Of a stretch of 64,000 nucleotides of DNA, positions 57,538 to 64,000 are shown one piece after another (position 1 is the first letter of the stretch; each line of letters begins with the position of its first letter). The stretch comes from Bacillota bacterium. GTDB lineage: Bacteria > Bacillota > Sulfobacillia > JAJZYS01 > JAJZLH01. Where the stretch lies: positions 21,879-85,878 of the forward strand of contig JAJZLY010000008.1 of the NCBI GenBank assembly GCA_021850485.1, in the 5' to 3' direction. A program made the translations under genes and the position numbers. The notes under the pieces are model-generated. The model did not search any database, was not told the DNA's origin, and was given only the letters and a program-made list of their open reading frames with translations.

Positions 57538-59346
57538 TTATTCCACGGTCACCGATTTGGCAAGATTGCGCGGCTTGTCGATGTCTGTCCCTCGCGCTAC
57601 CGCCACGTGATAGGCCAAAAGCTGCAATGGCAGCGCTGCCAGGACGGGGGCTAGCTCATCGCGGCAGGCGGGCAGGGTGAACACCTGGTCGAGTTCGTCA
57701 TGCTGGCTAAGATCGTAACTGGTGATGCCATAGGTCCAGCCGCCCCGGGCCTTGACCTCGGCCAGATTGGACAGGGTTTTGTCCAGCAAGTCCTTTTGGG
57801 TGAGCAGCGCCACCACCGGTACGCCCTGCTCGATCAGGGCCAAGGTGCCGTGCTTTAGCTCGCCGGCGGCCAAGGCCTCGGCGTGCAGATAGGAGATTTC
57901 CTTGAGTTTGAGCTGACCCTCCATCGCCACCGCATAGTCGGTGCCGCGACCCAGGTAGAAGACGTCTTTGGCCACGGTCAGCCGTTTGGCGACGGAGCTG
58001 ACCTCTGCGTCCTTTTGCAAGATCAGTTCGGCTTTTTCCGGCAGCGCCCACAGCTCCCTGGCCCAGTCCGCCTCCTGAGCGGCAGTCAACAGCCCGGTGC
58101 GCTTGGCGTACGCCAGCACCAGGAAGGTGAGGGCCAGGATCTGGGTGGTGTAGGCCTTCGAGGAGGCGACGGCAATCTCTGGTCCAGCCAGGGTCGGCAC
58201 ATTGAGTTCGGCCTCACGGCTGATCGAACTTCCGATCACGTTGGTGATGGCGATCATCTTGGCACCCATCGCTTTGGCCCGGCGCATCGCCGACAGCGTG
58301 TCCAGTGTCTCGCCGGACTGCGAGACGGCAATCACCGTGTCAGTGGGTCCCAGTTTCAGGTGCCGGTAGCGAAACTCGCTGGCCAACTCGGCTTCAGCGG
58401 GAATGCCCAGGATGTCCTCGGCCAGCCGGCGGCCAACCAAGCAGGCATGATAGCTGGTACCACAGGCCACGAACCACAGCTTGCGGGGCAAGGGCCCTGG
58501 GTCTACCTCCAAGGCGATCCGGCTGAGATCTTCACTGAGCCGGCCGGCCATGGTTTGGCGCAGCGCCTTTGGCTGCTCTTGAATCTCCTTGATCATGAAG
58601 TGCGGATGGCCTCCGCGCTCCGCCTCTTCCAGGTTCCAGGACACCGCCAAGACCGGCCGCGTCACTTCGCCCTGGGGCCCATAGATGTGGGCGCCTTGGG
58701 CGGTGATCACGGCCACCTCGCCGTCTTCCACCACCACCACCTTGCGGGTTCGGCTGATCAAGGCTGGGATGTCCGAGGCCAGCATGTTTTCGCCCTCGCC
58801 CAAGCCCAGCAGCAACGGTGAGTCCTGGCGGGCAGCGCCGACCGCTCCCGGGTCCTGGGTGCGCACCACGGCCAGGGCGTAGGTACCGCGCAACCGGCTG
58901 ATGACCGCCTGCAGGGCGTCTTTGAAGGGCAGCTCGGCGTACTCTTCGAGCAGGTGGACAGCCACCTCGGAGTCGGTTTCGGAGCGAAAAACGTGTCCCT
59001 TGGCTTGCAGTTCTTGGCGCAACGCCCCGTGGTTCTCGATAATTCCGTTGTGGGCGACCGCCACGTCGCCGTGACAACCCAGATGGGGATGGGCATTTTG
59101 CTCGCTCGGCCGGCCATGCGTTGCCCATCTGGTGTGCCCCACCCCAACCTTACCGGCCAGCGGGTGGTCGGCCAGGGCGGCTTCCAGTTCAGCGATGCGG
59201 CCGACCGTCTTGACGAAGCCGAGCGCCCCTTGATCCAACACGGCGAGCCCTGCAGAGTCGTACCCTCGGTACTCCAACCGATTCAGTCCGGCCAGCAAAA
59301 ATGGCATGGCCGTATCGTTTCCGGCGTATCCCACAATGCCACACAT
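57538..59346 (-). CDS. glmS: Glutamine--fructose-6-phosphate aminotransferase
   Basis: Start MCGIVGYAG (Ntn Cys), two SIS domains and a C-terminal ...VTVE. The ORF-track N-terminal extension is rejected. Confidence 0.92.
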   Translation of the reverse strand: MCGIVGYAGNDTAMPFLLAGLNRLEYRGYDSAGLAVLDQGALGFVKTVGRIAELEAALADHPLAGKVGVGHTRWATHGRPSEQNAHPHLGCHGDVAVAHNGIIENHGALRQELQAKGHVFRSETDSEVAVHLLEEYAELPFKDALQAVISRLRGTYALAVVRTQDPGAVGAARQDSPLLLGLGEGENMLASDIPALISRTRKVVVVEDGEVAVITAQGAHIYGPQGEVTRPVLAVSWNLEEAERGGHPHFMIKEIQEQPKALRQTMAGRLSEDLSRIALEVDPGPLPRKLWFVACGTSYHACLVGRRLAEDILGIPAEAELASEFRYRHLKLGPTDTVIAVSQSGETLDTLSAMRRAKAMGAKMIAITNVIGSSISREAELNVPTLAGPEIAVASSKAYTTQILALTFLVLAYAKRTGLLTAAQEADWARELWALPEKAELILQKDAEVSSVAKRLTVAKDVFYLGRGTDYAVAMEGQLKLKEISYLHAEALAAGELKHGTLALIEQGVPVVALLTQKDLLDKTLSNLAEVKARGGWTYGITSYDLSQHDELDQVFTLPACRDELAPVLAALPLQLLAYHVAVARGTDIDKPRNLAKSVTVE

Positions 59347-59394
59347 ATGCACTTGTTCCCTTCTATGACACAGATGACAGATATGAGGTGGCAA

Positions 59395-59560
59395 CCTGCA
59401 CACGCAGGTCGCCTGGGCGGTGATGTCCAGCCTGTCCCGTCCGTCGCCGGCCGGATTTCTGGGCACCTATCGGAACCGCCATACCGCGGGGTATCCGCCG
59501 AATTCTTCGATAAACCCCGACCTCGTCCACTCGCTCGGCGAGTGCAGGCGCTTGAAAGAA
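59395..59560 (-). ncRNA. glmS ribozyme: glmS ribozyme (GlcN6P-responsive self-cleaving riboswitch) in the glmS 5' UTR
   Basis: The minus-strand transcript reads ...CAAGCGCC-UGCACUCGCCGAGCGAGUG-GACGAGGUCGGGGUUUAUCGAAGAAUUCGGCGGAUACCCCGCGG.... This matches the glmS ribozyme core consensus A^GCGCC...GACGAGGAUGGAGGUUAUCGAAUUUUCGGCGGAUGCCUCCCGG. It sits immediately upstream of the glmS ATG. Confidence 0.85.
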
Positions 59561-59579
59561 GGATGATCGGACTTGGCTC

Positions 59580-60935
59580 TTAGCCCCCTTGGCCCACCAC
59601 CTCCTGGTTCAGTCCAGCGATCAGTGCCAGCAAAGTGTCTCTAACCCGGGTGCAAATTGCAACATCCTGGCCCTCGACCATCACCCGGATCAGCGGTTCT
59701 GTCCCTGACGGCCGCACCGTCACCCGACCCAATTGGCCAAGTTGGGCTCGTTGCACCGCCACCGCCTCAGTCAATCTCGGATCGGCGAACACGCGCTGCT
59801 TATCGGCCACCGGCAGGGCGCTTTCCAGATGGGGAAACGGCGTGAATGAGGCCCTTAAGGCGCTCAGGGTCTGCCCACTTTCGGCCAAAAGCCACAGCAG
59901 CAGGCGAGCGGTCAGCAACCCGTCGCCAGTGGTGTTGAAAGTCAGCGCCAGCAGATGCCCCGATGGCTCGCCCGCCAGTGCGAAGTTCGCCTGACGCATT
60001 CCTTCCAGTAGGTAGCGATCTCCCACCTGGGTCTCCACCACCTGCACACCCTGGCCTGCCAAGGCTCGGCGCAGTCCGCCGTTGGCCAGCACTGTCAGGG
60101 CCACGCCGCCTCCCTCCAGCCAGCCCTTGGCCCGAAACCAAGGCGCAAACATGCCGATCAGGTGGTCTCCGGTCACCACCTCGCCCATCTCGTCCACGGC
60201 CAGCGCTCGATCGGCGTCACCGTCAAACGCCACGCCGATCGTGCCGTGCCCTCGCCTGCGCACTGCCTGCTGCAGGCTCTCCAGATCCGTAGAGCCGGAC
60301 TTGACGTTGATCCGCTGTCCGTCTGGCACGCCGTGCAGCAGACGGACATGGGCGCCGCTTCCGGCCAGTACCTGGCGGGCCAGCGGCGCCGCCGCGCCCC
60401 AGGCACAGTCCGCGATCACACTGCCGCTCCAGCGGGCGGTCGACAGAGCGCTGAGCTGATGGACATAGCTCTGACGAAGACGCGTGGCCTCGCGCCTTTG
60501 GCCTACGCCGACCCCCACCGGGCGGTGCGGGTGGCTGCCATCGATCCCCGCCTCGAGAGATTCTTCTTGTTGATCGGTCAGTTTGAAACCGTCGGCGCCG
60601 AAGATCTTAATGCCGTTATCCTCAATCGGGTTATGACTGGCTGAAATCATCACACCGGCGCAGGCATCGCTGTGCCGCGTAGCCCAGGCCACCGCCGGAG
60701 TCGGAACCACGCCCAGTGCCCATACATCGACGCCCATAGCCATCAGGCCGGCACCGACCGCCGCCTCCAGCAGGTCACCGCTCAGGCGGCTGTCCCGGCC
60801 GATCAGGACGCGCCGGTGCGGTGGTTGCGCTATGACCTGATCGCCCAGGGCGAGCCCGATGGCAAAGGCCAGCTCCGCACTCAGTCCGGCATTGGCCACA
60901 GCGCGCACGCCGTCTGTTCCAAAATAACGCCGCAT
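59580..60935 (-). CDS. glmM: Phosphoglucosamine mutase
   Basis: MRRYFGTDGVRAVAN N-terminus and the phosphoserine loop ISASHNP. Confidence 0.9.
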   Translation of the reverse strand: MRRYFGTDGVRAVANAGLSAELAFAIGLALGDQVIAQPPHRRVLIGRDSRLSGDLLEAAVGAGLMAMGVDVWALGVVPTPAVAWATRHSDACAGVMISASHNPIEDNGIKIFGADGFKLTDQQEESLEAGIDGSHPHRPVGVGVGQRREATRLRQSYVHQLSALSTARWSGSVIADCAWGAAAPLARQVLAGSGAHVRLLHGVPDGQRINVKSGSTDLESLQQAVRRRGHGTIGVAFDGDADRALAVDEMGEVVTGDHLIGMFAPWFRAKGWLEGGGVALTVLANGGLRRALAGQGVQVVETQVGDRYLLEGMRQANFALAGEPSGHLLALTFNTTGDGLLTARLLLWLLAESGQTLSALRASFTPFPHLESALPVADKQRVFADPRLTEAVAVQRAQLGQLGRVTVRPSGTEPLIRVMVEGQDVAICTRVRDTLLALIAGLNQEVVGQGG

Positions 60936-60947
60936 CGGTCATCCCCC

Positions 60948-61307
60948 TTAGGGCCGGATTCGGACCTGAGCCGGCTCAAACTCCACCAACGCCGTTCCCC
61001 CGGGCCCGCTCAGGACCAAGGGAGCCAGCCCTCCCCGGCTGCTTGGATCCACGGCCGTCACCCGAAACTGCGCTGCACTCACCGTTTGCAGCAACGACTG
61101 CGGGCCTTGCACCACTACAGTTACCGTGCTCGGCGTTGGCCTGGCACCGGCCGGGCCACCGATCACGACCACGGGCAGCCCGCTCAGGGTGCGGTGCACG
61201 ATCGGGTCGCTCTGCGAGATCACCACCGCCCACACCACCGCCGCCAGCAGCACAGACACCAGGGCCAGCACCGGCCGGGTGGCCAGCCACCTATCCACGG
61301 TGGTCAC
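60948..61307 (-). CDS. cdaR: YbbR-like domain protein (short CdaR-like regulator of diadenylate cyclase)
   Basis: N-terminal TM, then one YbbR-like beta-rich repeat (LPVVVIG...STVTVVVQGPQSLL...FRVTAVD). Conserved position between cdaA and glmM. GTG start overlapping the cdaA stop. At about 120 aa it is unusually short. Confidence 0.5.
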   Translation of the reverse strand: MTTVDRWLATRPVLALVSVLLAAVVWAVVISQSDPIVHRTLSGLPVVVIGGPAGARPTPSTVTVVVQGPQSLLQTVSAAQFRVTAVDPSSRGGLAPLVLSGPGGTALVEFEPAQVRIRP

Positions 61308-62097
61308 CGGCCGCCATCTGCTTGGACAGGTGGCTCTCAACCAGTTTGCGCAGGCGCCTTTCGTCAAGGTACCTGGTCAGCTCTCCGCCCTTGGCCACGC
61401 TGATCGCCCCCGTCTCCTCAGACACCACCACCACCGTGGCGTCTGACACCTCGCTGGCTCCGATCGCCGCCCGGTGGCGGGTGCCCAGATCGCTGGCCAC
61501 CATCGAGGTGGCGGCCAACGGCAAGAAGCAGGCGGCAGCCAGCACGCGGTCCCGACGCACGATCACGGCACCGTCATGCAGCGGCGTGTTCGGCGCAAAG
61601 ATGTTGCACAGGATCTGCCAGGACACCTTGGCCCCGAGCCAGGTGCCGGCTGCGGCCAGGTCGGTCAGGCCGGTCTGCCCTTCGAGCACGATCAGCGCCC
61701 CGACTCGCTGGCGCGAAAGCCGCAGCGTAGCCTGAACCACTGCCTCCACGGCCAGGGCGGCGTTGGGCTCCCCATCCTCGCGGCCGATCCACCCTTCGAG
61801 GAAGCGGGCCCGCCCCAGCCGTTCCAGTCCGCTGCGCAGCTCCGGCTGAAAAACCACCGGGATCGCCACCAGCAACCCGACCAAAGCCGTCTCCAAGACC
61901 ACGTGCAGCGCCTGCAGCCCAACCAGGGCCGATAATTCGGTGCCCAGCGCCACCACCACAATGCCTTTCATCAGCTGGAAGGCACGGGTGCCGCGGATGG
62001 CCAGCAAGATGCGGTAGAACAGATAGGCGACGATCAGGATGTCGAGGATGTTTTGAATCAGCGCACCCGGACCCATGGCGATGATCCTCAACCACAT
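61291..62097 (-). CDS. cdaA: Diadenylate cyclase CdaA (c-di-AMP synthase)
   Basis: N-terminal 3-TM segment, then a DisA_N/DAC domain with DGAVI and GTRHRAAIG motifs. Confidence 0.85.
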   Translation of the reverse strand: MWLRIIAMGPGALIQNILDILIVAYLFYRILLAIRGTRAFQLMKGIVVVALGTELSALVGLQALHVVLETALVGLLVAIPVVFQPELRSGLERLGRARFLEGWIGREDGEPNAALAVEAVVQATLRLSRQRVGALIVLEGQTGLTDLAAAGTWLGAKVSWQILCNIFAPNTPLHDGAVIVRRDRVLAAACFLPLAATSMVASDLGTRHRAAIGASEVSDATVVVVSEETGAISVAKGGELTRYLDERRLRKLVESHLSKQMAAGDHRG

Positions 62098-62119
62098 CGC
62101 CAGGTCCCCCTTGGCTGCG

Positions 62120-62596
62120 CTAGCGTTGGCAATCTTGGCGCAAGACCAGCCGATGGGTGCGTTTGATGCCCAGGTATCCAAGGCCGCCGTCCGCCTCCAG
62201 CGGCCGCACAGCAGTCAGCTGGAAGCCACGGGTCTGCAAGTGGCGAAACGACGTCACATCGGCGTTCGAGATATCCACCAGCAGGCCCAGCCGGTCGGTG
62301 CGCACGGCCAAATCGTGGGCAGCGCCCAGCAGGGCGTCTGCCACCGGCGTCTCCCACAGGTCAGGCTGCAGGTCGAATCCGGCCAGTCCCAGATCGTCGC
62401 CGACCAAGAGCACCAGCAGCAGGTAGGTGGCGCGCTGGTGACTGGCGACCAGGGCCGGCAGGCTCTGGGCATCACCGCTGACGGCATCCACAGACACCGT
62501 CGGTCGACCGCCGATCGACCGCCAGGCCTCGGCCGTCTCCGACCCAGGCGGCTGGCTGGCGACACCCACGTCCAGGCTAGGCGTGGGTGCCTTCAT
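62120..62596 (-). CDS. Hypothetical protein (possibly a degenerate GNAT-like fold)
   Basis: 158-aa ORF that fits the gene packing exactly (between the cdaA start and the rex stop) with coding-like composition. No confident motif. Confidence 0.4.
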   Translation of the reverse strand: MKAPTPSLDVGVASQPPGSETAEAWRSIGGRPTVSVDAVSGDAQSLPALVASHQRATYLLLVLLVGDDLGLAGFDLQPDLWETPVADALLGAAHDLAVRTDRLGLLVDISNADVTSFRHLQTRGFQLTAVRPLEADGGLGYLGIKRTHRLVLRQDCQR

Positions 62597-63233
62597 CGGC
62601 CTTGTCCTCCCTTAGCTGGCCGTAATAGGCCAACGCCTGCAACTCGGTGGCCAGATCCAGGTTGTGGACAAACACGTCCGGGTGGCGCAGCTTGACCGGT
62701 GCGAAGTTCAACACCGCCCGCACGCCACCCGCCACCAACGCCGAGAAGACCGCTTCGGCCGCTGGCGCCGGCACCGTGATGGCGGCCAGCCTGACCTGCC
62801 GACGCTGTAGCTCTTTGGTGATGGCGCTGGCCGGCAGCACCGTATAGCCCTCGACCGATCCCATGGCCTTGTTGGCGTCGCTGTCGAACACCGGGCCAAC
62901 AGTCAGTCCCGCGTGGCGCCTGGAGAGGTAGCGGAGCAACGCTGTGCCCAGTCGGCCGGCCCCGACCAGGGCCAACTCCGGCTGCTCCGAAATTCCCAGG
63001 ATCTGGCGAATGGAAGCCTCCAGGTGGCGCACCGAATAGCCGATGCCGCGGCGGCCGAAGGCGCCGAAATAGGCTAGATCTTTGCGAATTTGCTCCGAGG
63101 TGAACTGGCTCAGCTCCGACAACTCCCGGGAGGACACCACGTCCTCACCGGTCCGGGCCAGCTCTTCTAATTCGCGCAGGTACAGCGGCAGCCGACTGAT
63201 GGTGGCGGCCGGGATGCGCCGCGTGGTCTTCAC
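62577..63233 (-). CDS. rex: Redox-sensing transcriptional repressor Rex
   Basis: N-terminal winged helix (ATISRLPLYLRELEEL) and a C-terminal Rossmann NADH-binding domain (LALVGAGRLG). Confidence 0.85.
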   Translation of the reverse strand: MKTTRRIPAATISRLPLYLRELEELARTGEDVVSSRELSELSQFTSEQIRKDLAYFGAFGRRGIGYSVRHLEASIRQILGISEQPELALVGAGRLGTALLRYLSRRHAGLTVGPVFDSDANKAMGSVEGYTVLPASAITKELQRRQVRLAAITVPAPAAEAVFSALVAGGVRAVLNFAPVKLRHPDVFVHNLDLATELQALAYYGQLREDKADEGTHA

Positions 63234-64000
63234 GCCTCCCGCTCCACCACGTAGGAAGCCATCGAGAGCAGCGCTTCCCTGGCCTCGTTGGCTGGCAGCA
63301 CGCCCAGGGAATCAGCCGCCTCCCGGACCAGGCGAAGGGCCACATCTTGGGCGTAGGCGAACGATCCAGAGCGCCCCAAGATGGACTGCATCTCGGCCCA
63401 TTCGTCCTGACCGGCAGCTCGGGCCGTGGCCAGTTTTGTCAGACGGGTGCGTTCTGGCTCTTGCGAGTTGACCAGTCCGTGAATCAACGGCAAGGTCAGC
63501 ACGCCAGAGCGCAGATCGCCTCCCACCACCTTGCCGAAGGCGACCGAGGTGGCGGTGAAGTCCAACAGATCGTCCACGATTTGAAACCCCAGTCCCATAC
63601 TCCAACCGAAGGTGTACAGGACCCGCTGCTTCCACTCTTCGGCGCCGGCCATCAGCGCGCCCAGCCGGCAGCTCTCAGCCAAAAACAGCGCCGTCTTCTT
63701 GCCGATGCGGTCCAGATAGTCGGCCTCGGTGGGTAAATCTCCGCCCAAAGCCGCCACGTTCTGCTGAATCTCGCCATCGCACATCTGGCGAACCACCGCC
63801 GACATGATCAGCGTCGCCTCCGGTTCGCGGGTCTCTGCCAGCAGACCGAGCGAGCGGGCAAACAGATAGTCGCCGGCCAAAATCGCCACCCGGCGGTTCC
63901 ACACGGTGTGCACGGTGGCCACGTTGCGGCGCAACAGGGCCTCGTCCAAGATGTCGTCGTGAATCAAGGTGGCCATGTGGATCATCTCAGTGGCCGCTGC
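63230..64000 (-). CDS. Polyprenyl diphosphate synthase (trans-isoprenyl diphosphate synthase; partial, N-terminus beyond the window edge)
   Basis: Two DDxxD motifs (IHDDILDEA; FQIVDDLLD). The ORF runs off the end of the window. Confidence 0.85.
   Translation of the reverse strand, partial: AAATEMIHMATLIHDDILDEALLRRNVATVHTVWNRRVAILAGDYLFARSLGLLAETREPEATLIMSAVVRQMCDGEIQQNVAALGGDLPTEADYLDRIGKKTALFLAESCRLGALMAGAEEWKQRVLYTFGWSMGLGFQIVDDLLDFTATSVAFGKVVGGDLRSGVLTLPLIHGLVNSQEPERTRLTKLATARAAGQDEWAEMQSILGRSGSFAYAQDVALRLVREAADSLGVLPANEAREALLSMASYVVEREA

Overview
This is a high-GC (~65-70%), densely coding bacterial chromosome segment with GGAGG-type ribosome binding sites and frequent overlapping start/stop codons (ATGA/GTGA). 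Most of it is housekeeping.

Main content, in order:
- A compact 11-gene de novo purine operon on the minus strand: purE-purB-purC-purS-purQ-purL-purF-purM-purN-purH-purD (3304-14634).
- guaA-hpt-moaC, then a 3-hydroxyacyl-CoA dehydrogenase and a thiolase.
- murA, guaB, murC.
- The t6A tRNA-modification cluster tsaD-rimI-tsaB-tsaE, then thiL and a family-4 uracil-DNA glycosylase.
- alr, nnr and acpS.
- Two ABC-2 exporter pairs.
- leuS.
- A Firmicutes-like cdaA-cdaR-glmM-glmS cluster, with a clearly recognisable glmS ribozyme in the glmS 5' leader, and rex.

Things that stand out:
1. A ~1.4 kb lower-GC islet (45025-46427). It carries an overlapping gene pair for a winged-helix protein and a small nucleotidyltransferase (AbiE/MenAT-like or Lnu/ANT-like), preceded by a perfect inverted repeat over its ribosome binding site.
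2. A four-gene membrane operon (14902-16876) encoding a cytochrome b6-like protein and a subunit-IV-like protein. The subunit-IV-like protein has a ~200-aa insertion in the ef loop and PEWG in place of PEWY. No Rieske or cytochrome c gene accompanies them.
3. A frameshifted fragment of a GNAT acetyltransferase gene. It mirrors an intact GNAT gene on the other side of an S41 peptidase gene.
4. A GAF-GGDEF diguanylate cyclase with an AGDEF active-site variant.
5. A Met-rich small membrane protein translationally coupled to leuS.
6. A blue-copper (cupredoxin) lipoprotein.

I found no rRNA, tRNA, CRISPR array or transposase genes.
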